This document shows, piece after piece, positions 47,149-57,704 of a DNA stretch of 64,000 nt. The notes below the pieces were generated by a model. The model had not been told where the DNA came from, searched no databases, and worked only from the letters and a program-made list of their open reading frames with translations. Position 1 is the stretch's first letter. Every line of letters starts with the position of its first letter. The position numbers and the translations under genes were made by a program. Source of the DNA: an uncultured Alphaproteobacteria bacterium (lineage in GTDB: Bacteria; Pseudomonadota; Alphaproteobacteria; RF32; CAG-239); NCBI GenBank assembly GCA_934254675.1, contig CAKQLP010000004.1, forward strand, positions 67,713-131,712. The letters are read 5' to 3'.

Positions 47149-47886
47149 TTAAGGAATAAAGTATAAGACTAGATCACATTTATTTTCAGTTGTACAACTT
47201 TTACAGAACTGGGTCATTTTTATCGGCGTCATGTTTTTAAAGCAGTTTTTTCGAGAGTTGGTACAATACTGCCTTCCATAAATAAGACCATCTCTTGTAT
47301 AGTGACTGTCGTTAATATCAGCCTGATTTCGAAGCTCAAACCTATTAATATTACCATTTTCAGCATCAAAGGCTGTGACAGCTTTAATAATGTTCTTGCA
47401 TTGGTTTTCAGAACTTAGGGAAAAAGTGTTATTTATGGTTTTAAGATTAATTTGTAAATGAAACGCGACACTAGAACATGGTGCAAAAGAATCATCTGGT
47501 TGTCGGCATGAGTCAATACCATAAGATAAAATAAATTTATTTCCAAATCGATCTTGAGCGGTTTCATTAGAGATAAGCTTCATGTCGTCAGGTAAATATC
47601 CAAGAGCATTGATAGCGCCCATAAGACCATTTATTCTGGTTGTTGATTGGTTACGGTAGTCTTGTTTGAAAGTGTCACGAAGTTCTAATATATGATAAAT
47701 AAGGGAATTGATTTGCTCAAGCTGTTTGTGTGATTGATAAGTTTCCATGGCTTTGCTGAATCCCTGAATACCGCCGACGGATAGCACCCCAATAATGGCC
47801 AGAACGCCGAGCATTTCAATCATGCTTCGTCCGCACTGCACACCATCTACTAGGAATTTTCGCGCTCGTGTACCTCTTTTGTACAC
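47149..47886 (-). CDS. Type IV pilin/pseudopilin-like protein with a class III signal and a Cys-rich C-terminus. The start is uncertain (GTG at 47884-47886, or the internal ATG at 47821-47823).
   Basis: ...VDGVQCG|RSMIEMLGVLAIIGVLSVGGIQGF; the 5-prime coding block is conserved with the 37798 gene through synonymous changes. The upstream ORF extension begins with TTG and runs through repeats, so it was rejected. Confidence 0.5.
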   Translation of the reverse strand: MYKRGTRARKFLVDGVQCGRSMIEMLGVLAIIGVLSVGGIQGFSKAMETYQSHKQLEQINSLIYHILELRDTFKQDYRNQSTTRINGLMGAINALGYLPDDMKLISNETAQDRFGNKFILSYGIDSCRQPDDSFAPCSSVAFHLQINLKTINNTFSLSSENQCKNIIKAVTAFDAENGNINRFELRNQADINDSHYTRDGLIYGRQYCTNSRKNCFKNMTPIKMTQFCKSCTTENKCDLVLYFIP

Positions 47887-48020
47887 GTCGCTTAAAAATC
47901 CCGTCGTATCTGGTGCACATTGTGGACGAAGGTTGTTTTGGGAAAACTCGTTTAGCTGGTGTCTGCTTGAAATTTTCGCGCTCGTGTACTCTTTTTGTAC
48001 ACGTCGCTTAAAAATTCCGG
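47854..48020. repeat. Two copies of a roughly 50-bp unit, spaced about 115 bp apart, each holding the palindrome CGTGTAC-N8/9-GTACACG.
   Basis: GAATTTTCGCGCTCGTGTACCTCTTTTGTACACGTCGCTTAAAAATCCCG at 47854-47905 and GAAATTTTCGCGCTCGTGTACTCTTTTTGTACACGTCGCTTAAAAATTCCGG at 47968-48020 (one indel). The first copy overlaps the pilin leader codons. Confidence 0.6.
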
Positions 48021-48064
48021 CGCATTCACGCACAACATCAAAGCCCTTGATAAGACTCCGTTTT

Positions 48065-48306
48065 CTGTCATACTCGGGCGTGACCCGAGTATCCAAAGAA
48101 GAGTGTTTGACATGGATTCTCGGAATAAATCCGAGAATGACGTTTGAAAATTGGTTAACATTTAAGGTACGGTTGAGAATGACGGAGAATAGGGTATTCC
48201 GTTCATCCTTAAATTTTTTCCCAAAGTGGCGAAAACCATGTGTAGAAGCTTTAAAACGCTCTGAAATCGAATGTTTAGGATTTACAGAGAGAGAGAGAGA
48301 CCTTTG
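48065..48306 (-). repeat. Dispersed palindromic repeat, copy B (inverted relative to A), with an internal partial duplication and a (GA)7A tract.
   Basis: The reverse complement aligns to 24482..24685. The hairpin pair, flanking block and dinucleotide tract are all present. Confidence 0.75.
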
Positions 48307-48423
48307 CTAAGCTTATTTTTCATCTTTCTTTCCTCTTTTTTTATAAAGTATAAATAGAAAGTATATATTAAAAGTTAATATGTTGTTAAAAAAAAGCCCT
48401 CATTATTTGAAGGCTTAAAAGAA

Positions 48424-48499
<76 letters not shown>

Positions 48500-48548
48500 A
48501 AACACAATAATAAATAAAGCACTTTTCTTTAATTTGCAAGTGTTAACT

Positions 48549-50966
48549 TTATTCTGTGTCACCTTTTTTGAGGGCGTAGAATTGGTTTTCTTGCGCCACT
48601 TTTTCACCAGAGTGGATAACAATTTGCGGGAATGGAATTTCTATTCCTTCTTCAATAAAACGTTTATTTATGGCAAAACGCAGGTCGCTTGGTACAATCC
48701 AACCTTTCCATATATCATTGGTGTAGCAACGTAGTTCAAAAGTCAAACTGCTGTCGGCAAAATCTTTAAATAGAACATAAGGCGCCGGATTTTTCATAAC
48801 ATATTTATGCGCTAAAGCACATTCAAGCAAAATTTTGCGTACTTTTTCTACATCCGAACCATAAGCTACTCCGACAGTAATACTTTGGCGGGAGATATTG
48901 TCGCCGTGTGTTAAGTTAACAATGGAACTAGATAACAATGTGGCGTTTGGCACAATCACACTGGTGCGGTTAAAACTTTCCATTTCAGTCGAGCGAATGT
49001 TAATTTGCTTAATTTTGCCTTCTGTGTCGTTCATTATGACCCAGTCACCGACTTTAAACGGACGTTCAAATAAAATGATGATACCGGATACAAGGTTTTT
49101 AATCACATCCTGCAAACCAAAACCGATACCAACTGAAAGAGCACCGGCGATGAAAGCGAGGTTGGTTAAGTCAACACCAACGGCAATAATAGCCAGCAAG
49201 CATGAGATTATAAAACCGACAAAGCTTATACCTGAAACCAAAGAGTGTTTTATACCATCATCAATATCCATATTGTTAAATACATTTGAGGCTAAGTGTT
49301 TTTTTATCAGTTTAACCACAGTTAGGGAAATGAAAAACACCATAATACCAAAAGCAATAGCAATTAAAGAAATCTGCACTCCGCCAATTTTAAAGCCGAA
49401 CAAAAGTTTTTTACCCATTTGGATCATAAAATCACCAGGCAACCCCCAAAGATTTAGTAAAATAAAAATAAGGGCTAAAACTAAAATAGGGTTAATCAGT
49501 GAAGTGAGCCAAAACTCTATCTTACTGACGTTGCGTTTGGTTATTTTGATGGATTTCATCCATGGACTGGCTAAAACTATGCGTTTTAAAATATCAATAA
49601 AGGCACGGCGAAACAGTTCAAAAACGCCAATGATAATCATGGATAAAATAAAGTTACGCAAAATAAAAGAAGATAATTCCGGATAACCAATTAACGATAA
49701 ACCAAAAGTTGTGGCTAAAAGCAGATTGCTGGCAACCATAATTTTGAATCCACTGTCAAGAGAATCCGTTTCATCTTCATTTTCTTCAATTGTTTCGGAT
49801 GTTATACCATTCATTTCCCGATAAGTGTCAACAGATATTTTGATAATCCAAATCAGGAAAAAGGCCTTAACAGCACATGAAATCATTGTCAGAAAGTGAA
49901 TCGTATCAATCGGGTATTTGGCTTTTTGCGCTACAATAACCTGGATAAGAGCAATGGCGTTACAGATGATGAACATAAATACTACACGGGTAAAACGCAA
50001 AGCTTTTTCATTTGGAATATTTATCAGCCGCCATTGTTCATAATTGGGTGCAAATATCACTCGGGAAATAGTGGCTTCAATAATGGCTAAAAATGAAGAA
50101 AAGCCGGTAATCATGAGAACGTGACCAAGCAGACTGTCACCAAAAATTTTGGTACTGACCATCCAAATCATACCTGCACCGACAAACGCGTCGGGAATCA
50201 ATCCGCGGGCAATAGCCACAGCAATAGCCGCCACTACTTTGCGACTGAAGTGCGGTAATTCTACATCCTCTTTATAACCCCAGTGGGTTAAAATGTATTT
50301 ACGCAAGATAATAGCTACGGCCAAAGCCGCAATTAAAATCAAAGCCATAGAAACTATGCTTAAAATTGTGTAGCTGCGGTCACTTTTTGGGATACTTTGA
50401 TACCAATCAATCGGGGATTTTGTTATATCCCAAAAGAAAATGGCATAAAGCTTGAGGCTATTGAAGAAAACCATTGGATTAATCAACGCTGATTGTTTGG
50501 TAATTAAATCACCGTAAACTTTTTTGCTTCGGGCATTTAAAACTTGCGTAGTTAAATCTTCTATTTTAACAATAAGCAAATCCGCTTCTTTTAAAACACG
50601 ATCTTCGGCGGTTAACTCTTTAGTTAAGCTGTTGCGCTGGTTTGTTATAACTTTGTCTTCAGTGGCTCCGTCTTTGGGGTCTCCCAATGCGTCAAGCTGT
50701 TTTTGAATGTATTTAATATCTTTGTCTAAATCTTTACGGGAAGCACTTATCTGCGCTTCTTGGTCGCTTAAATAACTGACATATTCGTTTATGTTATCTT
50801 CAGTTAGATTTTCATTTTTTAAAGCGTTGTCTATTTGCTCAAGTTTTTTATTAATTTTATTAAAATCAATGGTATTTTTTGTAGCATTACTATCAGCAAA
50901 TGCCGGCATTAAAAAGAAAACAGCGGCAAAAAAAGCAAAAAAGGCAGTTTTGAAAAATTTAAACAT
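48549..50966 (-). CDS. MscS-family mechanosensitive channel (large MscK-like form).
   Basis: 805 aa. Signal peptide, periplasmic coiled-coil domain, 11 TM helices, and the MscS core (ERPFKVGDWV...G.V..I). Confidence 0.8.
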   Translation of the reverse strand: MFKFFKTAFFAFFAAVFFLMPAFADSNATKNTIDFNKINKKLEQIDNALKNENLTEDNINEYVSYLSDQEAQISASRKDLDKDIKYIQKQLDALGDPKDGATEDKVITNQRNSLTKELTAEDRVLKEADLLIVKIEDLTTQVLNARSKKVYGDLITKQSALINPMVFFNSLKLYAIFFWDITKSPIDWYQSIPKSDRSYTILSIVSMALILIAALAVAIILRKYILTHWGYKEDVELPHFSRKVVAAIAVAIARGLIPDAFVGAGMIWMVSTKIFGDSLLGHVLMITGFSSFLAIIEATISRVIFAPNYEQWRLINIPNEKALRFTRVVFMFIICNAIALIQVIVAQKAKYPIDTIHFLTMISCAVKAFFLIWIIKISVDTYREMNGITSETIEENEDETDSLDSGFKIMVASNLLLATTFGLSLIGYPELSSFILRNFILSMIIIGVFELFRRAFIDILKRIVLASPWMKSIKITKRNVSKIEFWLTSLINPILVLALIFILLNLWGLPGDFMIQMGKKLLFGFKIGGVQISLIAIAFGIMVFFISLTVVKLIKKHLASNVFNNMDIDDGIKHSLVSGISFVGFIISCLLAIIAVGVDLTNLAFIAGALSVGIGFGLQDVIKNLVSGIIILFERPFKVGDWVIMNDTEGKIKQINIRSTEMESFNRTSVIVPNATLLSSSIVNLTHGDNISRQSITVGVAYGSDVEKVRKILLECALAHKYVMKNPAPYVLFKDFADSSLTFELRCYTNDIWKGWIVPSDLRFAINKRFIEEGIEIPFPQIVIHSGEKVAQENQFYALKKGDTE

Positions 50967-50974
50967 ATATTTTC

Positions 50975-51979
50975 CTATTTTTTAAGAAGTTTTTTCAAAA
51001 TATTAAAAGCGTTTTGAGCTGTTCCGGCGCGCAAATCATCGGCAACGCACCAAAAACTAAAACCATTTTCTACGGACACATCCTGTCGCAAACGACTGAC
51101 GTAAACATCGTTTTCGCCTTGAACATCATTAATTGAAACATATCCGCAATCAACATGTTTATCAAAAACCACAACGCCTTCTGTTTCTCGCATTTGGTTG
51201 CGAATGTTGTCGATGTCAACATCATTAGCGCATTCAACATTAACAAACTCGCCAATTCCAATAAAAGCAGGAATCACAGCGCAATTGGCGTGGACTTTTA
51301 CTTCTGACCCAAGAATTTTTTTTATCTCGACATTAGCGGCCCATTCATATTTTGTTTCATCGCCAATAAATTCACCAACTTGAGGCAGTACATTAAAAGC
51401 AATTTGCTTGTGAAAAATTTTTTCATCATCAACAATTGGCTCGTTCATAAATATTTTACGGGTTTGAGCAAATAATTCGTCCATTGCTTCGCGACCATAA
51501 ATTGACGCAGCCATATAGGTGTTAATAACCAAGCGTTTAATCTTGTGTGTTTCCGCCACTTTTTGTAAAGGCAACATAATTTGAGTGACTTGCGGAGACG
51601 GAACAGCTATAATGCCTTTTGGGGCATCAGATATTTTTTCATCATTTAAGCCGGCGATAACTAATGGAACGTCAGAATCCGCGGAATAAGCTGAAGAACA
51701 GTCGATAACCATAACTTTTTTAGCTGTGGCATGCGGAATATAGCGTTTGGCAATTTCTTCTGAAGTAGCAAAAACAGCTAATTTGACAGAAGAAAAATCA
51801 AAATCATCCAAGTTCCAAACATCCATATCCACATCTTCGCCATAAGAAACCTGTGTGCCTAGCGGACTATTGATATCAACAGCAAAAATGTTGTCGGCAG
51901 CGGTTCCGTTTTCTTCCAAAATGTTTAATAATTCACGACCTAAGCTATTGTTTACACCAACTATGGCAATTTTATTCAT
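50975..51979 (-). CDS. asd: Aspartate-semialdehyde dehydrogenase homolog in which the catalytic Cys and His are apparently substituted.
   Basis: Full-length alignment to alphaproteobacterial Asd: Rossmann IAIVGVNNSLGRELLNIL and SRLRQD are conserved. NPNCSTAQ becomes VPSPQVTQ, and PVFIGHSEAVN becomes PAFIGIGEFVN. AGAGG SD before the internal ATG at 51979. Confidence 0.65.
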   Translation of the reverse strand: MNKIAIVGVNNSLGRELLNILEENGTAADNIFAVDINSPLGTQVSYGEDVDMDVWNLDDFDFSSVKLAVFATSEEIAKRYIPHATAKKVMVIDCSSAYSADSDVPLVIAGLNDEKISDAPKGIIAVPSPQVTQIMLPLQKVAETHKIKRLVINTYMAASIYGREAMDELFAQTRKIFMNEPIVDDEKIFHKQIAFNVLPQVGEFIGDETKYEWAANVEIKKILGSEVKVHANCAVIPAFIGIGEFVNVECANDVDIDNIRNQMRETEGVVVFDKHVDCGYVSINDVQGENDVYVSRLRQDVSVENGFSFWCVADDLRAGTAQNAFNILKKLLKK

Positions 51980-52070
51980 AACGAACCTCTTTAAAAAACT
52001 TTTAACAATAATGTCATCATAAAACAAAAATATTTACAAATAAATAAAATTTGTAGAATTTAATAAAAAA

Positions 52071-52097
52071 AGACATCTCTAAAAAGAGATGTCTTTG
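52071..52097. terminator. Terminator hairpin.
   Basis: AGACATCTCT-AAAA-AGAGATGTCTTT. Confidence 0.55.
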
Positions 52098-52112
52098 AAA
52101 GTGTTCGTTCAA

Positions 52113-52670
52113 TTATCTTTCATGGTAGAGATTGAATTCATCTTCAAATTCTTCTTCAATCGCATCTTCCTCATCGTCAGCCAGAGCATTGACGACAATA
52201 GATGAAATTGGAGTCAGTCGCTGGCGCGGCTTTTGCGACTTATAGGAGAGCGGATGATAGCGTTTGAAACCATTTACAGTGTCTTTCAGCCCGTACAAGG
52301 TGTCGTTAATACTGAAAGTGTCTTGGATTTCTGTTTCAGACGCGATAACAGTTGGATCAACAACTTGTGTTGAGCCTGTCTCTACGTCAACAATCACCGC
52401 AAGTTCGCCGGCGTGTTTTATAAAAGCAACAAAAGGTTTATTGCTTTTCTTCTTCAGTAAAGGAACTCGGAGCACAAGTTGTACCAAGTGTACACCGGTT
52501 TCACATTTCTCGATATTGACAAGATGTGGATTTTTCTTGTTAAAGTCTTTGAGAGCCTTAACAGCCTTTACATTGACCAAAACACCATTCAATTTCTCCA
52601 AAGCAATAGACTTGCACATAATTAAAAAAATTAAAGTTAATAATAAATTCAATACCAAACTATATAACAT
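52113..52670 (-). CDS. Hypothetical exported protein (185 aa) with an acidic C-terminus.
   Basis: N-terminal hydrophobic signal/anchor LVLNLLLTLIFLIMC. No recognised motif. Confidence 0.4.
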   Translation of the reverse strand: MLYSLVLNLLLTLIFLIMCKSIALEKLNGVLVNVKAVKALKDFNKKNPHLVNIEKCETGVHLVQLVLRVPLLKKKSNKPFVAFIKHAGELAVIVDVETGSTQVVDPTVIASETEIQDTFSINDTLYGLKDTVNGFKRYHPLSYKSQKPRQRLTPISSIVVNALADDEEDAIEEEFEDEFNLYHER

Positions 52671-52709
52671 TCTTTTTTGGCAAAATCAAGTGTTTTTTTT
52701 GTAAATTTG

Positions 52710-54305
52710 TCAATTTTTATTAAAGCAATTGTAAAAGATGTCTAAATCTTGATTATATTCTTGTGCTGAAATTCCACCTATTTTTAAAAGGGAATGGAAA
52801 ATATTATCGTGTGAATAATTATTTTGGATTTGATTTTTTAAGCATTTTTTATCTAGTTTCAAAGCGGAAAGCGTTTTTTTATCCGCCCATATAAAAAATG
52901 GAACGTGTGTTTGCTCTTTGGGAGCAACAACATAAGGCGCTGAATGTAAATAAATATTATATTCGCCTAAAGATTCTCCATGGTCTGAAACATAAAACAA
53001 CATACTGTTATATTCCGGATTTTTTTGTAATATTGAAATGATATCAGCTAAATTTTGCGAGGTGTAAAGAATGGTATTGTCATAGGTGTTGATAATTTCT
53101 TCGGTTGTGCATTGATTGAGTTTTTCTGTGTTGCAAACCGGAACGAATCGGCTAAAATCTTTTGGATAACGTTTATAATAAGTCGGACCGTGGCTACCGG
53201 CTTGATGCATGACAATCAGAGTATTTGTGGAAAGTGTGTCTAATTGCTTTTTCATTTCATTTGTCAGAATTGAATCAAAACATGTTCCGGCTCCGGTCGG
53301 ACAAGGAGTATGTGTTTCAACACGTGTGCAGACACCTTTGCAGTCACTGTTATTTTCAATCCATATTACTTTCCAGCCGTTTTTTTTGAATATATCTAAC
53401 ACATTTTCTGTGTATTCCAGACTTCCGTTATCAAATTCCGTGCGATTATCTTTGGCAAACATACAAGGAACAGAAACGGCGGTTGAGGTTCCGCAAGAAG
53501 TCATATTGGTGAAATTTATAATATTATCAAGATAGGGCATTAAAGGTTTATTTGTGGCGCGGTTATAACCGTTCAACGAGAAATTTGCAGCACGGGCTGT
53601 TTCTCCTATCATAAAAACAATCAACATTGGTTTATTGTTTATCCAATATTTATAAAAATGAGAGTTCTCACCAATCGGAGTAAATTTATGGCTTGCACGC
53701 AAGTCATGTTTTATGGTGGAACTGATTGCGCCGATATAGTTAACAGGAATAAGTAAATATTTGACAGGTTTATTATTGCGAACAAATTGCGCCACGTCTT
53801 TGCTGTTGGGAACAATAATTGCCGCGAACAGTAGCAGGCATAAAGCCAGCAAACCGCCGCGCTGCTTAATTTTTTTGGTTTCCGCAAAATTGAGCTGGCA
53901 GATAATAAATGTCGGTATTCCGCCTAAAGCCAAAATATAAAAAAACAATGTAAAGTTTAGCAATTCAGTAGTTTCATGCAAATTTGTTTGTAGAACATTG
54001 CGCAGCATTTCTTCATCAATAGCGACATGATAGTTTTTTACAAAATAAAAAACGCCGCTGTTTAGTATTAAAAAGAAAACAGATAAAGGCTTAACCGTCC
54101 ATTTCCAAAAAAGCAGAATACCGCAAATAGTTAAAAGAAGCCAAATTACAAAAAAAGAGCCAATCATAAACAACAAACTTTGACTCAGTTCAAAAATTTT
54201 TTCAAAGAATACGCAATTAAAAGCCAGCAAAGTGTACAGCATGTAGAAAATGCTGTACACTTCAATATTTAGAGAAAAGGTTCGGAACAATCGTGATTTT
54301 ATCAT
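52710..54305 (-). CDS. Phosphoethanolamine transferase (EptA/EptB-like sulfatase-family membrane enzyme).
   Basis: Five N-terminal TM helices plus a periplasmic alkaline-phosphatase-like domain (metal site ...TSCGTSTAVS...HGP). Confidence 0.7.
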   Translation of the reverse strand: MIKSRLFRTFSLNIEVYSIFYMLYTLLAFNCVFFEKIFELSQSLLFMIGSFFVIWLLLTICGILLFWKWTVKPLSVFFLILNSGVFYFVKNYHVAIDEEMLRNVLQTNLHETTELLNFTLFFYILALGGIPTFIICQLNFAETKKIKQRGGLLALCLLLFAAIIVPNSKDVAQFVRNNKPVKYLLIPVNYIGAISSTIKHDLRASHKFTPIGENSHFYKYWINNKPMLIVFMIGETARAANFSLNGYNRATNKPLMPYLDNIINFTNMTSCGTSTAVSVPCMFAKDNRTEFDNGSLEYTENVLDIFKKNGWKVIWIENNSDCKGVCTRVETHTPCPTGAGTCFDSILTNEMKKQLDTLSTNTLIVMHQAGSHGPTYYKRYPKDFSRFVPVCNTEKLNQCTTEEIINTYDNTILYTSQNLADIISILQKNPEYNSMLFYVSDHGESLGEYNIYLHSAPYVVAPKEQTHVPFFIWADKKTLSALKLDKKCLKNQIQNNYSHDNIFHSLLKIGGISAQEYNQDLDIFYNCFNKN

Positions 54306-54331
54306 AAGTGTACGTCCCTTTTCTGTTTTTT

Positions 54332-56956
54332 TTAAGCAATCATATCTTTGATTTTAGCGATTGCCTCATTAATTTTTGACGCATCGGAGCCGCCGGCCTG
54401 AGCCATATCCGGACGTCCGCCGCCACCTTGACCGCCAACCACGGCGGAAGCGGCTCGTACCAAATCAACAGCATTATATTTTGCGGTTAAGTCTTTGCTG
54501 ACACCGACAACGATTGACGCTTTGTTATCTTTGTCTGAGCACAAAACAACTATGCCGGAGCCAAGATTTTGCATAATGTCATCAACAAAAGCTTTCAGTT
54601 CTTTCGGATGGGCATCGGCAACCAATTTTCCGACAAATTTTACGCCGTTTACGGTTTGAGTTTCATCAGAAGTTGTTTTGCCGCTGGCCAAGCTTTTTTT
54701 CAAATTAAAAATTTCTTGTTCCTGCTTTTTACGTTCTTCCAACAAGCTATTAATCCGCGCCTCTAAATCGTTGAGATTTGTTTTTAAGGTGTTGGCAACC
54801 TGATGCAATTTGTTTTCGGTCGCACGGACATATTCGTCGGCACCGACACCGGTTAAACATTCCAGACGGCGTACGCCGGCAGCCACGGCGGATTCTCCGA
54901 TTATATGGAAATAACCGATGTTTCCGGTTGAGCAAACGTGAGTACCGCCGCAAAGTTCGCGTGAGAATGGTGCATTTTCATCACCCATTGTCACCACGCG
55001 CACATCATCGCCGTATTTTTCATCAAATAAAGCCATGGCGCCAAGTTTTACGGCCTCTTCTTTATTCATAATAACAGTAGTCACTGGTAAATCGTTGCGA
55101 ATTTGCTCGTTGACGATATCTTCAACCTGACGTAATTGTTCGGCAGTAATTTGTTTTGGGTGCGAAACGTCAAAACGCATTCTGTCGGCCTCTACCATTG
55201 AACCTTTTTGCGCAACGTGGTCGCCTAAAATCATTTTCAAAGCTTTATGAGCCAAGTGAGTAACCGAGTGGTTGGCGCAAATGCGCTTGCGGTTTTCTTC
55301 ATCAACTTCAAAATTAGCGCAATCACCAACTTTTACCGAACCTTTTTCCAATTCGCAGACGTGCACAAATATTTTTTCTAATTTGCGTTTTGTATCAACA
55401 ACTTTGGCGGTGAAATTCTTTGAAACAATCAAGCCAGTATCGCCGACCTGTCCGCCGCACTCGCCATAAAATGGTGTTTGATTGGCGACAAGTTCAAACT
55501 TGCCGGAAGTAACTTCTTTTACTTCTTGGTTGTTTTGAACTAATGACACAATTTCACCATCGGATTTAGTGACGTTATATCCTAAAAATTCGGTCGGATT
55601 TACTTTGTCCTCCACGGCATACCAAACTTTTTCAACCGCCGTGTCACCTGAACCGGCCCAGTTTTTACGAGCTTCTTCTTTTTGGCGAGCCATACAGGCG
55701 TCAAAGCCGGCTGTATCTACTTCAATATTTTTATTTTTTAAGGCATCTTGAGTTAAATCCAACGGAAAACCATAAGTATCGTACAACTTGAAAGCAGTTT
55801 CGCCACTCAATTTATCGCCGCGGCCAAGATGTGAAATTTCTTCATCTAAAAGTTTTAAGCCTTTATCTAACGTGCGGCCAAAACGCTCTTCTTCTATTTT
55901 GATTGTTTCTTTTATTAAGTTTTCACGGGTGTAAAGTTCTGGATAAGCTTCGCCCATTTCTTTTTGCAAAGTCGGCAGAAGTTTATAAATCATCGGGTCT
56001 TTAACGCCAAGCATATAGGCGTGACGCATAGCGCGGCGCATAATGCGGCGCAAAACATAGCCACGACCTTCGTTAGATGGCAAAACGCCATCGGCAATCA
56101 AAAAGCAAATAGAACGCAAGTGGTCGGCAATTACATTATGTGAGGCTTTTAAAGGACCGTTAGGGTCGGTATTGGCCATATCGGCAATGGATTTTATTAT
56201 GTGTTGAAACATATCGGTGTCAAAGTTGGAGTGAACGCCTTGCAAAATAGCGGCAATACGTTCCAAGCCCATGCCGGTATCAATTCCGGGGCGTTTTAAG
56301 TTAATGCGCGAACCATCGGCCAAATCTTCAAACTGGTCAAAAACCAAATTCCAAATTTCAATAAAACGGTCGCCGTCTTCTTCCGGTGTCCCCGGTAAGC
56401 CGCCCCAAACTTCCGGACCATGGTCGTAAAAGATTTCGGAGCAAGGGCCGCAAGGTCCGGTGTCGCCCATTTGCCAAAAATTATCTTTGGTGCTGATGCG
56501 AATAATTCTATCGTCAGGCAAACCAGAAACTTTTTTCCATAGATTATAGGCGTCTTCATCGTTATAATAAATTGTTACGGCCAGTTTATCTTTAGGCAAG
56601 CCAAAATCTTTAGTCAATAACTCCCAAGCAAACGGAATTGCACCTTCTTTGAAATAATCACCAAAAGAGAAGTTGCCGAGCATTTCAAAAAATGTATGGT
56701 GGCGTACATCATAACCAACGCTGTCCAAGTCATTGTGTTTACCGCCGGCGCGCACGCTTTTTTGCGCGGTTGTCGCTCGGGTATAGTCGCGGGTTTCATT
56801 GCCGGCAAGCACGTTTTTAAATTGAACCATGCCGGAGTTTGTAAACATTAATGTCGGGTCATTATCAGGAACAAGTGATGATGACGGAACAACTTTATGA
56901 CCGTTCTTGGCAAAATAGTCCAAAAAGGTTTTGCGGATTTGATTTACACTAGTCAT
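54332..56956 (-). CDS. alaS: Alanine--tRNA ligase.
   Basis: 874 aa. Class II core motifs, editing-domain HxxxH...CGGTH, and a C-terminal DHHA1 with GGGG. Confidence 0.9.
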   Translation of the reverse strand: MTSVNQIRKTFLDYFAKNGHKVVPSSSLVPDNDPTLMFTNSGMVQFKNVLAGNETRDYTRATTAQKSVRAGGKHNDLDSVGYDVRHHTFFEMLGNFSFGDYFKEGAIPFAWELLTKDFGLPKDKLAVTIYYNDEDAYNLWKKVSGLPDDRIIRISTKDNFWQMGDTGPCGPCSEIFYDHGPEVWGGLPGTPEEDGDRFIEIWNLVFDQFEDLADGSRINLKRPGIDTGMGLERIAAILQGVHSNFDTDMFQHIIKSIADMANTDPNGPLKASHNVIADHLRSICFLIADGVLPSNEGRGYVLRRIMRRAMRHAYMLGVKDPMIYKLLPTLQKEMGEAYPELYTRENLIKETIKIEEERFGRTLDKGLKLLDEEISHLGRGDKLSGETAFKLYDTYGFPLDLTQDALKNKNIEVDTAGFDACMARQKEEARKNWAGSGDTAVEKVWYAVEDKVNPTEFLGYNVTKSDGEIVSLVQNNQEVKEVTSGKFELVANQTPFYGECGGQVGDTGLIVSKNFTAKVVDTKRKLEKIFVHVCELEKGSVKVGDCANFEVDEENRKRICANHSVTHLAHKALKMILGDHVAQKGSMVEADRMRFDVSHPKQITAEQLRQVEDIVNEQIRNDLPVTTVIMNKEEAVKLGAMALFDEKYGDDVRVVTMGDENAPFSRELCGGTHVCSTGNIGYFHIIGESAVAAGVRRLECLTGVGADEYVRATENKLHQVANTLKTNLNDLEARINSLLEERKKQEQEIFNLKKSLASGKTTSDETQTVNGVKFVGKLVADAHPKELKAFVDDIMQNLGSGIVVLCSDKDNKASIVVGVSKDLTAKYNAVDLVRAASAVVGGQGGGGRPDMAQAGGSDASKINEAIAKIKDMIA

Positions 56957-57062
56957 TGTACGTCCCTAAAAAAGTTTAAGTAAAATTAATTTTATCGTGG
57001 CTAAACTAGCGCAAACTTATGGTATTGTCTAGCAGAATCTTTACTGTATTTTCAAAAATATA

Positions 57063-57554
57063 TCAAAAAACATAGGCGGTACCATTCAAATCGATAATTC
57101 CCCAATTCAAATAGGTGGCAAAAATCAGCCATAATAAATAAGGAATGAGTAGATAAGAAGCCGTTTTTTGTATTTTATGATAAGCGTCCATAAGCCAAAG
57201 AGTAATAAAATCAAGCAAAATAATTGCAAAAAATCCGGCTAAAAACATTCCACAATAGAAAAACAAATATGTCCAGATAATTTGAAACAGCATATTTAGC
57301 CAAAAAATTTGTAAAATAGACTTTACTTTTGGTGTTTCTTCGGAATTTAGGACTAAAGTTGTGGAAATAATGAGCAAGGTATATAAAATTCCCCAAACAA
57401 TGGGAAACACGTTGTTTGGCGGGGTGAATAAAGGTAAATCTATTTTTTGGTAAAAAGTGCTTAAACCAAAGTCATTCAGATATCCGCACAAACCTGCTGT
57501 TACGGCAACAGATAAAAAAGCGTATAAAAAATTAAGCAATTTGTTTCCAAACAT
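57063..57554 (-). CDS. tspO: TspO/MBR-family tryptophan-rich sensory (translocator) protein.
   Basis: Five TM helices. LPLFTPPNNVFPIVWGILYTLL matches the TspO signature. AAGGAG SD before the internal ATG. Confidence 0.7.
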   Translation of the reverse strand: MFGNKLLNFLYAFLSVAVTAGLCGYLNDFGLSTFYQKIDLPLFTPPNNVFPIVWGILYTLLIISTTLVLNSEETPKVKSILQIFWLNMLFQIIWTYLFFYCGMFLAGFFAIILLDFITLWLMDAYHKIQKTASYLLIPYLLWLIFATYLNWGIIDLNGTAYVF

Positions 57555-57704
57555 TTGTTTCTCCTTTTTTAGTAAGGTAATTATCATAAGTTAAAATTCA
57601 AGATGTTTATTTTTTTTTGAAATTTTGTCACATTTTTTATTTGCATTTTGTCAAAAAATGTATATTATAAAGTATAACATTTAAATAAAATATGGAGAAC
57701 GGTC

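Noticed and set aside
47795-48310. 171-aa plus-strand ORF, 69-aa minus-strand ORF, and the TTG-initiated upstream extension (to 48096) of the pilin-like ORF.
   Set aside because: All run through tandem and dispersed repeats without stops. They have no SD and start with TTG. Coding is supported only from the leader region downstream.
54569-55071. Arg-rich small ORFs (54750..54953 and 54778..55071) inside alaS.
   Set aside because: They are GC-rich-codon shadow frames of alaS.
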